This document shows positions 19,001 through 28,664 of a stretch of 64,000 nt of DNA, one piece after another (the first letter of the stretch is position 1; each line of letters opens with the position of its first letter). The DNA is from a virus, in IMG/VR virus record IMGVR_UViG_3300032294_001887, positions 1 to 64,000 of that record; one strand, 5' to 3'. The notes under the pieces were generated by a model that saw nothing but the letters and a program-made list of their open reading frames with translations, ran no database searches and was not told the DNA's origin. Made by a program: the position numbers and the translations under genes.

Positions 19001-19276
19001 CGTAAATTGATTTCGGCGGTAGCGGTAAGATTATTATTTGAACAAAATGACCAAATCGTTAGACAACAATTCTTGGATAGTGTTAACCCAATCTTGGATT
19101 CAATCAGAAGAGATAGAGGTTTATATGATTTCCGTGTAACTGTATCTTCAACACCTGAAGATTTAGACAGAAATACATTAACAGGTAAAATATATTTGAA
19201 ACCTACTAAGGCGTTAGAGTTCATCGATATCGAGTTCTTCATAACTCCAACAGGTGCTTCATTTGAAAATATCTAA
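16037..19276 (+). CDS. Contractile tail sheath protein (large, with insertions)
   Basis: FVSPGVYTSETD N-terminus; PWFASAGYTRG, RINPI, WGNKTL, LNVRRLL, LFEQND, KPTKALEFI. Confidence 0.95.
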   Translation: MATAQANQKVFVSPGVYTSETDLSFVAQSVGVTTLGLVGETIKGPAFEPIFITNYDEFQAYFGGTEPVKFYNTQIPKYEAAYIAKSYLQQSNQLFVTRILGLSGYDAGPSWSLTVTANVDPTTIGNPSTGTSFTANFTGNSLNDTVEFIGGALPSFVSANLNTQYRLQDGSISTLQTDFNNYINSIVNSPSTSATTAIIYGAIPQTDYNSVTGQYTTIRNPYGCVNNFDNNDLTAGSNDSWYYANFEFANNDSTLGYTGYSFNYAVSSLITGASNTFTGTVTGNSYTFTGTAYSEFNNMVVATIRSRGISLYTNQTSSINHGPVYQVGIDYDNGGTSALNNLQLICTGQYSDISKSPFSTFLLSGVTKDNDVFSFETSMLASSSKYITKVLGVDNFGKSRFEVPIYVEEAYQGSLNYAYNQGYIRGLACDLIALPGARSQNPTSIAYNLERYQSPETPYLVSELRGNKVYNLFKFISISDGDSANTEIKVSIANLSFNNMSFDVLVRNFFDTDSNPVVIEKFTNCNLDPLSNNFIAKKIGSSDGEYALISRYIMVEMSPEAPIDALPCGFYGYTQREYLDYDTYPSPYPKFKTKYYFPGEVIANPPFGVNAGGAPIESSGDIVRRSYLGFSTQFGIDESFLTYKGKQTPSNWISDPTAEGQPWNVRSKGFHMDSGATVVTIGISSKSSGETAFECGVANFTSDPDTQESPYYFIYSRKYTVCFAGGFDGWDIYREWRTNEDRFQLGATGYLAGAYPGSRYPNATGDGLFKRIVVQNNTQDFANTDYYAYLLGILTFANPESTNINVFATTAIDYVNNSNLVEEAIDMIQFSRADSVYIATTPDYRMYTPDATNSQDIIYSQEAVDNLDNTGIDSNYTATYYPWILVRDTVNNTQIYLPPTGEVCRNLALTDNISFPWFASAGYTRGLVSSIKARQKLTQTDRDTLYQGRINPIATFSDVGTVIWGNKTLQVADSALNRLNVRRLLLQARKLISAVAVRLLFEQNDQIVRQQFLDSVNPILDSIRRDRGLYDFRVTVSSTPEDLDRNTLTGKIYLKPTKALEFIDIEFFITPTGASFENI

Positions 19277-19286
19277 TAAATTTAAT

Positions 19287-19309
19287 GGGGATACAAAAGT
19301 ATCCCCTTT
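19287..19309 (+). terminator. Hairpin/terminator after sheath
   Basis: GGGGATAC-aaaa-GTATCCCC-TTT. Confidence 0.7.
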
Positions 19310-19320
19310 AATCGCCAAAT

Positions 19321-20148
19321 ATGGAAAGACAACTTAAAGAAGGATTTAAACTTGAAGGGACACCAGATATGAAATATTACGCATTCGATTGGGATGATAA
19401 TATTGTTCATATGCCAACTAAAATTATGTTAAAAACTGAAGATGGTGAGGAAATTGGTATGAGTACCGATGACTTTGCAGAGTATAGACATGATTTAGGT
19501 AAAACCCCTGTTCAATATAAAGGAGATACTATTGTCGGTTTTGCGGACAATCCATTTAGAAATTTTAGAACGGAAGGTGACAAAGATTTTTTAGTTGATG
19601 CGATGAGAGCAAAAAAAGGACCGGCATTTGATGACTTTAGAGAAGCAATTAACAATGGGTCTATTTTTTCAATAATTACCGCAAGAGGGCATAATCCTGA
19701 AACCTTAAAACAAGCTATTTATAATTACATTATAAGTGGTTTCAATGGAATAGATAAAAACATGTTAATTAAAAATTTAAAAAAATATAGAACATTTGTG
19801 GATGAAGATGAAATGAGTGACGATGAATTAATTAAATCATATTTAGAGTTAAATAAGTATCACCCTGTTAGTTTTGGTGATGAAGAAGGTGCTGCAAATC
19901 CCGAAGAATTAAAAGTTAAAGCGATGGAAGATTTTGTATCTTATATAAAAGGAATGGCAGGAATACTTAATAAAAGAGCCTTTATTAAAAATGATATCTC
20001 AAATAATTTCATACCAGACATTAGTATTGGTTTTTCAGATGATGATATGAAAAATGTAGAAGTAATGAGTAAACATTTTAAAGATAAACCAGATAATATA
20101 GTTAAGACTTATTCTACTGCTGGAGGTATTAAAAAGTTATATAACTAG
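19321..20148 (+). CDS. HAD-superfamily phosphatase-like protein
   Basis: AFDWDDNI (motif I), ITARGH (II), K (III), GFSDDD (IV). Confidence 0.7.
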   Translation: MERQLKEGFKLEGTPDMKYYAFDWDDNIVHMPTKIMLKTEDGEEIGMSTDDFAEYRHDLGKTPVQYKGDTIVGFADNPFRNFRTEGDKDFLVDAMRAKKGPAFDDFREAINNGSIFSIITARGHNPETLKQAIYNYIISGFNGIDKNMLIKNLKKYRTFVDEDEMSDDELIKSYLELNKYHPVSFGDEEGAANPEELKVKAMEDFVSYIKGMAGILNKRAFIKNDISNNFIPDISIGFSDDDMKNVEVMSKHFKDKPDNIVKTYSTAGGIKKLYN

Positions 20149-20199
20149 AGAATAATTTCTTAAAAAATAAAGTAAATAGAAAAATTTTCATCGAGACTA

Positions 20200-20207
20200 T
20201 ATTTATT
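20200..20207 (+). promoter_or_regulatory. TATTTAT motif for tail tube
   Basis: TATTTATT upstream of 20243. Confidence 0.55.
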
Positions 20208-20242
20208 AGATATAAACACAAAAAAAACAAAATTGAAATAAC

Positions 20243-20731
20243 ATGGCTGATTTATTAATGAAAATGCCGATACCTTACGAACCGAAACGACAGAATCGTT
20301 TTATTTTAAGGTTTCCATCAAGCTTAGGAATAAATGAATGGTTCGTAGAAACTGCGGCAAGACCATCAATTAAAATTGGTTCAACTGAAATCCAATTTTT
20401 AAATACATCAACATTTGTTGCGGGTAGATTTAATTGGGACCCAATTTCGGTTAAATTCCGTGACCCGATTGGTCCTTCAGCGGCTCAAGCACTTATGGAG
20501 TGGGTTCGTCTACATGCAGAATCTGTTACCGGTCGTATGGGTTATGCCGCGGGTTATAAAAAAGATATCGACCTTGAAATGTTAGACCCAACAGGAGTTG
20601 TTGTTGAAAAATGGATATTATATGGAACTTTTTTAACTGATGTAAATTTTGGTCAATTAAGTTATAGTCAAGACGCATTAGCGGATATTACCGCACAACT
20701 TCGTATGGATAGATGTGTGTTAGTTTATTGA
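20243..20731 (+). CDS. Tail tube protein (T4 gp19-like)
   Basis: EPKRQNRF, W..I.V.FRD, EW, YKKD..LEMLDPTG..VEKW.L.G; follows sheath. Confidence 0.9.
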   Translation: MADLLMKMPIPYEPKRQNRFILRFPSSLGINEWFVETAARPSIKIGSTEIQFLNTSTFVAGRFNWDPISVKFRDPIGPSAAQALMEWVRLHAESVTGRMGYAAGYKKDIDLEMLDPTGVVVEKWILYGTFLTDVNFGQLSYSQDALADITAQLRMDRCVLVY

Positions 20732-20772
20732 TTTACATTTAACATTTACAATTATTTTTATTTAACTTATAT

Positions 20773-20810
20773 TTAACCGTAAAGCAATAAACTTTACGGT
20801 TAATTTTTTT
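20773..20810 (+). terminator. Intrinsic terminator after tube gene
   Basis: TTAACCGTAAAG-caataaa-CTTTACGGTTAA then T7. Confidence 0.8.
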
Positions 20811-20814
20811 ATAT

Positions 20815-21558
20815 ATGGACACACAATCAAGAGACTACGGTCAAGAAAATTTTACATTACCACACGACGTGGTGTTATTACCTTCACAGGGAATTTTTTA
20901 CAAAAACAAAAAGAAATCATTAAAAATTGGTTATCTTACGGCATCTGACGAAAATATTATAATGGCAGGAGCAAATGATTTAACTCTCAATTTATTAAGA
21001 GCAAAAATATATGAACCCGATATTAAAGTTGAAGAACTTATTGAGGGTGATGTTGAGGCTATCCTAATATTTTTGAGAAATACTGGGTTTGGACCTGAAA
21101 TTACTCTAAATTTAACTGACCCTGTTACAAAAAAACCTTTTCAATCAAATGTATTGTTAGACCAGTTACCTGTTATTAGTGGTCAAAAACCAAATGATGA
21201 TGGAACTTTTGTGATTACTCTACCAAAAACGCAATCATCAATTAAATTAAAACCATTAAACTATGGAGAGATTATGGAGATTAGTAAATTGGCGGATTCA
21301 TATCCTCAAGGTAGGGTTGTTCCAAAAATTACTTGGAGATTACAAAAAGAAATTGTTGAGGTTGATGGTTCTACCGATAAATCAGTTATTTCTAAGTTTG
21401 TTGAGTCCATGCCAATTGTGGATTCAAAACACATTAGAAAATTTATGAATGAAAATGAACCAAGATTAGATATGACTAAAACAATTATGGCCCCGTCCGG
21501 AGAAAAGCTAATAGTGAATGTTGGCTTTGGGGTGGACTTTTTTCGCCCTTTCTTCTGA
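20815..21558 (+). CDS. Tail/baseplate-hub assembly chaperone (T4 gp26/gp51-like)
   Basis: V.LPSQG.FY, LTASDENI, GD..AILIFLR; between tube and tape measure. Confidence 0.7.
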   Translation: MDTQSRDYGQENFTLPHDVVLLPSQGIFYKNKKKSLKIGYLTASDENIIMAGANDLTLNLLRAKIYEPDIKVEELIEGDVEAILIFLRNTGFGPEITLNLTDPVTKKPFQSNVLLDQLPVISGQKPNDDGTFVITLPKTQSSIKLKPLNYGEIMEISKLADSYPQGRVVPKITWRLQKEIVEVDGSTDKSVISKFVESMPIVDSKHIRKFMNENEPRLDMTKTIMAPSGEKLIVNVGFGVDFFRPFF

Positions 21559-21697
21559 TTATAGGAAAAGTCAGATAGATGAATTTTACTATCTGAACAC
21601 ATTGATGAAGATTACTTATCAAGATTTTGAAAGAATGCCAATATTTGTTAGAAAATATTTATTGGATAAATGGATAGAAGATAATAAGAAGGACTAA
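21542..21697 (+). CDS. +1-frame extension / small chaperone partner ORF (not in ORF track)
   Basis: FALSSDYRKSQIDEFYYLNTLMKITYQDFERMPIFVRKYLLDKWIEDNKKD*; open from ATG 21518; overlaps upstream gene at TTT TTT CGC. Confidence 0.65.
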   Translation, partial: FALSSDYRKSQIDEFYYLNTLMKITYQDFERMPIFVRKYLLDKWIEDNKKD

Positions 21698-21713
21698 TTT
21701 TTTAGTCCTTCTT
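21686..21713 (+). terminator. 12-bp perfect hairpin overlapping the small ORF stop
   Basis: AAGAAGGACTAA-tttt-TTAGTCCTTCTT. Confidence 0.65.
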
Positions 21714-21714
21714 C

Positions 21715-21722
21715 TATTTATA
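21715..21722 (+). promoter_or_regulatory. TATTTATA motif
   Basis: Upstream of 21742. Confidence 0.6.
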
Positions 21723-21741
21723 TATAAAGTTAAAATTAATT

Positions 21742-23589
21742 ATGGCAGATTATAATCCAGAAGACCAAGGTAGTTTTGACGAGGCTAAAAAAAGTTTAGA
21801 AGCTTTTAGTGACCTCGCTAACCAAACAGTACTTTCTATTTTTAAGATGTATGAGGGTGCTGATAAGATTAACAACGCCTTTCTACAAGGAAGAACTCGT
21901 TTAGACGAGATGAGTGACGCTGTTGCAAAATCGGCAGCCGGTGTCCTTCGTTTGGGTGGGAATCTTGGTGATGTTAATACCACTATGATAGGTATTGCTG
22001 ATGGTGCTAGAAGGAATGTAATTGCGACAGAAGACCAAGTTAGTAAGTTATATGCGGCATCTACAATTCTCAATACTACCTCAAGTTCCTTAGTTGAAAA
22101 TTTTGCGGAAGCGGGGTACGAGGTATCTCAAGTTGGAGTTAATTTACAGGATTCTATTCAGTATGTTCAAAGTGTCGGTCTTAACGCCAAAACAGTTGTA
22201 AAAGATGTTGCGAATAACATGGAGTTGATGAATAGATTCAACTTCAGTGACGGTGTTCAAGGATTGACAAAAATGGCTGCTCAAGCTTCAATGTTGAGAT
22301 TTGATATGCAAAACACTGCTAATTTCGCAGATAAAGTAATGAGTCCTGAGAAAGCAATTGAAGCGGCTGCCGGGTTCCAAAGACTAGGTGTTAATATTGG
22401 TAACTTGGTTGACCCATTTGCGTTAATGAATGACTCAATTAATAATCCTGGTGCATTACAAGATAGTATTATTAAAGCCACAAAAAAATATACAGAGTTT
22501 GACGAAAAAACAAAATCATTTAAGATAAACCCACAAGGTATTTTGATGTTAAAAGAATTGTCGGATGTTACTGGAATTAGTGCAAGAGAACTTTCAAAAA
22601 CCGCATTAGCTGCCGCCGATTTAGATAAAAGGTTATCGGCTATTAGTCCATCATTGAAATTTGAAAAAGAGGAAGACAGACAGTTGTTGGCTAATATGGC
22701 AACAAAGAAGGATGGTGAATATGTTATACAAATTAAAGATGACCAAGGGGCGATTGAATACAAAAAACTTGGAGATATTACGGCAGATGAATTTAAAGAG
22801 TTAAGAAAAAAACAAGATGAGGCACCTAAAACACTTGAAGAAATTCAAATTAGTCAATTAGATTATTTAAAAGACTCAAGTTCATCATTAAGGTCAATAC
22901 TTGCAAAAGGGACTTTTGGGGCTGCAGGGTCTGCATTCGTTAGGGGAAATTTTTTAGGCGCCGAAAGAATTAGTAGGGGATTTACGGGTTCACTTGATGA
23001 AAATATTCCTAAAAGTGCTGAAATAATAAAAGATATTAATAGTTCTATGGAGAAAATGAAGGAACTTTTTAATATAAAAGAACTTGGTAAAATAAGTGAT
23101 GCTGACTTTGCAACTAAACTCTCAAAACTTGAAAGTGAAGTTAAAAGTAAAGTAAATACTCTTGGTGAAAAAGGTATTGAAAAGTTAATAAAAACTTTTG
23201 AAGATACTAATAAAAAAATTGATGGAACAAGTGGGATTGAAGAAAAATTTAAAAAATATAGTTCAGATATGTTAGCCGAGATTGGAAGACCACAACAATC
23301 ATCTAATAAAATTTCTGGTACTGTAACCAAATCACCAATATCAAGAAATAGTTTTTTAGGTCAACAAAATGTTAACCAAACATCCGCAACAGGTTCTTTT
23401 GTAAAAGAAATTAACCAAAATATTAAGGTTGAAATTGACTACAAAACCCCGACAGGTGGAGATAGTGAACAAAAAATGAAAGATTATTTTGACAAACAAT
23501 TTAAACTAATGACTCAAACAGAAGAATTTAAAAGGATTAATTATGAATATCAGTTACAAATGAAAAAAGAACTTGGATTAAAAAGGTAA
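21742..23589 (+). CDS. Putative tape measure protein
   Basis: Ala/Gln/Lys-rich helical sequence after tube and chaperone genes. Confidence 0.7.
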   Translation: MADYNPEDQGSFDEAKKSLEAFSDLANQTVLSIFKMYEGADKINNAFLQGRTRLDEMSDAVAKSAAGVLRLGGNLGDVNTTMIGIADGARRNVIATEDQVSKLYAASTILNTTSSSLVENFAEAGYEVSQVGVNLQDSIQYVQSVGLNAKTVVKDVANNMELMNRFNFSDGVQGLTKMAAQASMLRFDMQNTANFADKVMSPEKAIEAAAGFQRLGVNIGNLVDPFALMNDSINNPGALQDSIIKATKKYTEFDEKTKSFKINPQGILMLKELSDVTGISARELSKTALAAADLDKRLSAISPSLKFEKEEDRQLLANMATKKDGEYVIQIKDDQGAIEYKKLGDITADEFKELRKKQDEAPKTLEEIQISQLDYLKDSSSSLRSILAKGTFGAAGSAFVRGNFLGAERISRGFTGSLDENIPKSAEIIKDINSSMEKMKELFNIKELGKISDADFATKLSKLESEVKSKVNTLGEKGIEKLIKTFEDTNKKIDGTSGIEEKFKKYSSDMLAEIGRPQQSSNKISGTVTKSPISRNSFLGQQNVNQTSATGSFVKEINQNIKVEIDYKTPTGGDSEQKMKDYFDKQFKLMTQTEEFKRINYEYQLQMKKELGLKR

Positions 23590-23614
23590 TTTTTAAAAAA
23601 AAATAACATTAACC

Positions 23615-23622
23615 TATTTATA
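23615..23622 (+). promoter_or_regulatory. TATTTATA motif
   Basis: Upstream of 23640. Confidence 0.6.
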
Positions 23623-23639
23623 GGTAAAGAAAAAGATAG

Positions 23640-26600
23640 ATGGGTAGTCCCTTAGATTTTATTAGTAGTGAAGGTTTTAGGAAAAAACTTATATCGAGAA
23701 ATTTAGTACCATATGCTAAATCTCCGACTAAAGTTACTCCTCCAACAACATACGAGATTGTTCAATCAGACCTAACACCCGTTGATAGTCCTGATTTTTT
23801 AATTGATACACCGTATTATGCGGATTTACTATACCCGTTAAATAAATGGGGTAATGATGGTGGTTATGAACAAGTACCTGCCTTATCAACAAATTTAAAC
23901 TCGGTATCAAATCAAGGGGAATATGGTCCTGGCCAACAAGACGCTAAATTATTAAATGATGCTCAAATCGCCGCTAAACTCGGATTTCCGGGGATTGCGC
24001 CACCATGGCAACCATTAAATGCTTATGGTCCTAATAGTTTACAACAATTAGACGCGGGAGATTATATAACAACACCTGACTCAATAAATAATGGTGTTAC
24101 AGGTGGGATACCAAATTTGTATAATAATCAACCATACCCCACAACATTTAACGCATCATCATATTCCCCACTATCTATTCTTTTAAATCCAGACCCCCAA
24201 GGTAGTAATGGATTACTTAGTTCTGATTCATTTATTGCTCGATTGGGTGCTAAAACTCTAAAGAGAGAATTTGAAGAAAGAATTGGAAGAGCCATTATTA
24301 GAGAAACGGTAGGACGAGCTAATTTTTTAAATATTAATAGTAGTACTAATGTTGTTAATATACTAACTGGCCGAGTTCCGTTAATTGAACCAAATTATCA
24401 GATTACAGTTCCTGCAAATCCAATAACAGCCGCTGCCGATTTTTCACTTAGATTGGCAGGAAGTTTACTACCATTTTCATTAATACCCGGTTCATATTTT
24501 GACCCAAACATTAATCCTCCAAGACCTTCAACAATTGCTCAATCATTACTCGCTAATCCAATTGCCGCGGTAGGTAACTTTGTTTCTAATTTATTAGGTG
24601 CGGGAAAAACAGGGTCTCAAATATTCTACAACAATACAGGTGGAGGACAAAAGTCTATATTGTGGAAAAATATTAACTTTAACAAGTATAAACCAAATTA
24701 TGATAGAACTTTACTTGATAGATTAGGGGGAGCTATCGTAGGTACCGAAACAAACAATGCTAATTTTTATGTTGGTTCAACAACATCAGACCCATCAAGA
24801 GTATTTTCTCCAAGTAGAGAGTTACCGGTTGATGCTTTTGGTAATGAACAACAATCACCAGTTTATGGACCTCAAGAATTGGCTCAATTATATGAAGGAC
24901 CAAGCAAGGAAATTCGTTTAGGCGCTAACGGTCCGACATATAGTAATGGTGGTGGTATTGAAGGAGGGTTTACATGGGTTTCTCCAAAATATAAAGGAAA
25001 CGCCGGTAAGAAAGTAGGTATTGGTGGTGAAATCATGGACCAAGATTCTGATTTTAAACCATCATCATATAACACAACGGAATCAACCGAAAGAACATTT
25101 AGAGAAGGTTCAATTCTTGATGATACCCAAAGAATTATTAATAGTCAACCACAAGGGGGTAAAAGACTACAACACGTTGGTAATGCAATTGACCAAGTTA
25201 GTAAAGTGTTTCATGATGGTTATAAAGAATTAACTAAAGGTTCAAGGGTTATTAGATATACTGGTTCAATTGGACAAGAAGTCGGGACTGAATATTGTAG
25301 AGTTTTTGCAAAAGATTTACCATACTTACAATACAATGATTTACAAAAAACAGATGGAATTGTTACTGAAGGTAGAAGATTTTCATATTCGGTATTAGAT
25401 AAAACATATAATCTTAACATTGCCCCAAATAAACAAGAGGGAGGACAAGATTCAACAAACTTAATTGGTTCAACAAATAATGCGTACGCTAAAAAATATA
25501 TGTTTTCTTTAGAAAATTTAGCGTGGAGGACATCTAACTCACCTGGATTTGCGGTGTCTGATTTACCGGTATGTGAGAGAGGACCTAATGGTGGTAGAGT
25601 TATGTGGTTTCCACCATATGGTTTAACTTTTAGTGAGAGTGTACAAGCTAATTGGCAACCAACCGATTTTATAGGTAGACCCGAACCAATTTATACTTAC
25701 AAAAATACTAGTAGAACAGGTAGTTTAACTTGGAAAATAGTTGTCGACCACCCATCAGTTTTAAATGTTATTGTTAATAAAGTTTTGGCGAACGAAACTA
25801 ATAAAACTAGAATTGATAGTATTTTAGAATCATTTTTTGCGGGATGTAGAAAATATGATTTATATGAATTGGCTAAGAAATATTATACAATACCACCAAA
25901 TGATTTATTTCAAATACAACAAGCAATTAGCTCCAAAGAATTAACTAAAGAACAGTTGGAATATACTATTTCAACAATAACCACGGCCCCACAAGTATCT
26001 AGTGATACGGGTACTGGTGGTTCTCCTGAGGTAACATTAAAAAAGTTTGAACAAGTTGGGTTTTATTTTGGCAATAATTTACCGCGAGAATTTAATGAAA
26101 ATTTTGGTAATCTATATGGTCCATATGTTGGACAAAAAACTTACTATGAAGAACAATCAAAGGGAACTGAAACTACCTCATTTTTTGATAATGTAATTAC
26201 TCCAAATAAAGATACAATTGATGAATTAATTAATGAAATTAAAAAACAATTTATAAGTAATACTGATGCGGAAGGTAATATAAACGGCACTATAACAATA
26301 ACATTTAATGCTAGTACATCTGCCAAGGCCAGCCAATCTTCTAATAATATTTTGGCAGCAAAAAGAATTAACTCCGCAATAATATACATTACAGGTGACA
26401 CGAGAGTAAGACAATATGTTCAGAATCAAAAATTACTTATAAAAATTGATGAAACATTAGGTGAAAATTCTCAAACACTTGCGTTTGATAAAACAACTAA
26501 AACTCTCACACCTAATACTCCGGTTTTTTGTGGTGATAGGGATGGAGATGGTCAAAATGAAAATAACGAAATTTATACGACAAAGGCAATGGCATGTAGA

Positions 26601-28664
26601 AGAGCATATATTTCTAATATCAAGTCAACATTAAAGGCACCTCCTGCGGTATTACCACCAAAAACTACAACAGTTGCAACTGGAAGGGTTGTAACAAAAA
26701 CCGAGACGACACCCGTTATTGAACCTAAAATAGTAGAAAGAGATAATATTAGTAAACGAGTATTACGTGCGTTATTATCAGAGTGTGATTATTTTGAAAC
26801 AATCAAAGAAGAGACTCCTATGGTTTACGATAATCTTAGAGATAAGTTAAAATTTTTCCAACCAGGGTTTCACTCAATGACTCCGGAAGGTCTTAATTCT
26901 AGATTAACGTTCTTACAACAATGTATGAGACCTGGAGACACAATACCAACAATTAAAACAGTTAATGGTACTCCTACACCTGATTATAGTAATGCTACAA
27001 ACACCTCTTTTGGTGCTCCACCTGTATTAATACTAAGAGTGGGAGATTTCTATAATACTAAAATAATTCCAACTAGTTTACAATTAACTTATGAGGAGTT
27101 AGATATAAATCCTGAAGGTATTGGTGTTCAACCTATGATTGCCAACGTAACTTTGGCATTTAACTTTGTTGGTGGTAGTGGATTAAAAGAATCTGTTGAT
27201 AAATTACAAAACGCGTTAACATTCAATTATTATGCTAATACTGAAATATATGATGATAGGGCCGATTCAACAGATTTAAGTTATAAAGTAATTGATAATG
27301 AGTTTATAAAGGCGGCTCAAAGTAATGTTGCTCCACCAACTGTTAATCAAGCACAAGTAAATAACGGACAAAGTAATGATAATACTGTAGGTAGTGTTAC
27401 AAGTAATATTGTTAGTCAATCGGGTCAAACAGGAACTCTTAATTATAGTTCGTTCATGGATAAATTAGTTGAAGAAACTCAATCATATTTTACTAACGTT
27501 GTTAATAAGAATAGAGAATCACTTAATCAGTATAATAATGCTGTTCGTCAACAATGGATGTTAGAAAGAATTTATCAAAATGGTAAATTTGAATTAACTA
27601 AAGATTCGGATACCGTTTTATTCGGTAAACCATATAATTTGGAACAAAGGACTGATGACATATTTGCTCAATTGGTTAAAGATATTAAAAACGAAGACGA
27701 AGGATTTATCAAATATCTTATCGACTCAAAGACATTTACAAATCGTTTAGTTAAACAAGTCCAAGAGAATTATTCAAATTTTGTTAGAAATAAAAGAAGT
27801 TCATTCCAAAGTGCAATAACTAACATCACAAATGGTATTGTTACAACTCAACAAAATTACATAAGTAATATTGGAAAAGTTAATACCATAACTTATAATG
27901 TTCCGGCATATCCTAATACAGGGACTGATGGGTATCAAACAAAAGATGGTAAAATTGTTTCATATATCACATCAGGAACCACTGAAGTTGACTCAAACTC
28001 ACAAGGTGTAACTAATACTTTAGATGAATTACAAAATGATATTTTAAAAATTAAGAGCGGTATTACCGATTTCAACAATGTTATTTGGACACCAACTGAA
28101 TTTACATATTCGGCGGATAAACAAAAATATACGGGAATTTTAGTATTTGAACCAAATTATAAAATTCCTACTAATAATGTATTCAACCCTTTTAGTTTTA
28201 ACACATTATTTGATAGTAAAAATGGGTATGTATTTAGAAGAGTATATATGATAGTATCAGACGATGTAACTGATACTAAAAAATATGAAACATTTAAAAA
28301 TGCATTAATTGGTAATATACTTAGTAATACAGGATTAATAGGTACAAGTACTGGTGATATTAGTAAATCATTTGATGAATATTGGATAACAACTGCAAAA
28401 CCTGCATTTGTGGAAGAAAACAATATCACTAAAGAGTTTATTGATTATATGGAAAAAGAAAAATTAAAAAATTTCTTAAAATACACTCCATTTAATTTAA
28501 AGAAGAAAAGAACATTTACCTATGATACTGAAGGTGCTAACACTGACGCTCAACAAAAATTAATTAAAGGTTTAGGTTGGGTTGAAAACCAAAACACAAA
28601 TAAAAAAACATGGAATGACGAAAGTCCTGCGAATGTATTTATATCAAAAGCAAAACTTAACTAA
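23640..28664 (+). CDS. Large baseplate / tube-initiator-like protein with OmpA-like insert
   Basis: FSESVQANW.PTDFIGRPEPIYTY..TSR and APPVLILRVGDFY tube-like motifs; position after tape measure. Confidence 0.6.
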   Translation: MGSPLDFISSEGFRKKLISRNLVPYAKSPTKVTPPTTYEIVQSDLTPVDSPDFLIDTPYYADLLYPLNKWGNDGGYEQVPALSTNLNSVSNQGEYGPGQQDAKLLNDAQIAAKLGFPGIAPPWQPLNAYGPNSLQQLDAGDYITTPDSINNGVTGGIPNLYNNQPYPTTFNASSYSPLSILLNPDPQGSNGLLSSDSFIARLGAKTLKREFEERIGRAIIRETVGRANFLNINSSTNVVNILTGRVPLIEPNYQITVPANPITAAADFSLRLAGSLLPFSLIPGSYFDPNINPPRPSTIAQSLLANPIAAVGNFVSNLLGAGKTGSQIFYNNTGGGQKSILWKNINFNKYKPNYDRTLLDRLGGAIVGTETNNANFYVGSTTSDPSRVFSPSRELPVDAFGNEQQSPVYGPQELAQLYEGPSKEIRLGANGPTYSNGGGIEGGFTWVSPKYKGNAGKKVGIGGEIMDQDSDFKPSSYNTTESTERTFREGSILDDTQRIINSQPQGGKRLQHVGNAIDQVSKVFHDGYKELTKGSRVIRYTGSIGQEVGTEYCRVFAKDLPYLQYNDLQKTDGIVTEGRRFSYSVLDKTYNLNIAPNKQEGGQDSTNLIGSTNNAYAKKYMFSLENLAWRTSNSPGFAVSDLPVCERGPNGGRVMWFPPYGLTFSESVQANWQPTDFIGRPEPIYTYKNTSRTGSLTWKIVVDHPSVLNVIVNKVLANETNKTRIDSILESFFAGCRKYDLYELAKKYYTIPPNDLFQIQQAISSKELTKEQLEYTISTITTAPQVSSDTGTGGSPEVTLKKFEQVGFYFGNNLPREFNENFGNLYGPYVGQKTYYEEQSKGTETTSFFDNVITPNKDTIDELINEIKKQFISNTDAEGNINGTITITFNASTSAKASQSSNNILAAKRINSAIIYITGDTRVRQYVQNQKLLIKIDETLGENSQTLAFDKTTKTLTPNTPVFCGDRDGDGQNENNEIYTTKAMACRRAYISNIKSTLKAPPAVLPPKTTTVATGRVVTKTETTPVIEPKIVERDNISKRVLRALLSECDYFETIKEETPMVYDNLRDKLKFFQPGFHSMTPEGLNSRLTFLQQCMRPGDTIPTIKTVNGTPTPDYSNATNTSFGAPPVLILRVGDFYNTKIIPTSLQLTYEELDINPEGIGVQPMIANVTLAFNFVGGSGLKESVDKLQNALTFNYYANTEIYDDRADSTDLSYKVIDNEFIKAAQSNVAPPTVNQAQVNNGQSNDNTVGSVTSNIVSQSGQTGTLNYSSFMDKLVEETQSYFTNVVNKNRESLNQYNNAVRQQWMLERIYQNGKFELTKDSDTVLFGKPYNLEQRTDDIFAQLVKDIKNEDEGFIKYLIDSKTFTNRLVKQVQENYSNFVRNKRSSFQSAITNITNGIVTTQQNYISNIGKVNTITYNVPAYPNTGTDGYQTKDGKIVSYITSGTTEVDSNSQGVTNTLDELQNDILKIKSGITDFNNVIWTPTEFTYSADKQKYTGILVFEPNYKIPTNNVFNPFSFNTLFDSKNGYVFRRVYMIVSDDVTDTKKYETFKNALIGNILSNTGLIGTSTGDISKSFDEYWITTAKPAFVEENNITKEFIDYMEKEKLKNFLKYTPFNLKKKRTFTYDTEGANTDAQQKLIKGLGWVENQNTNKKTWNDESPANVFISKAKLN

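Noticed and set aside
21750-23330. Antisense ORFs of 107-160 aa over the tape measure gene, and similar shadow ORFs elsewhere (e.g. 37927-38424)
   Set aside because: Nested within well-supported genes, biased composition, no motifs
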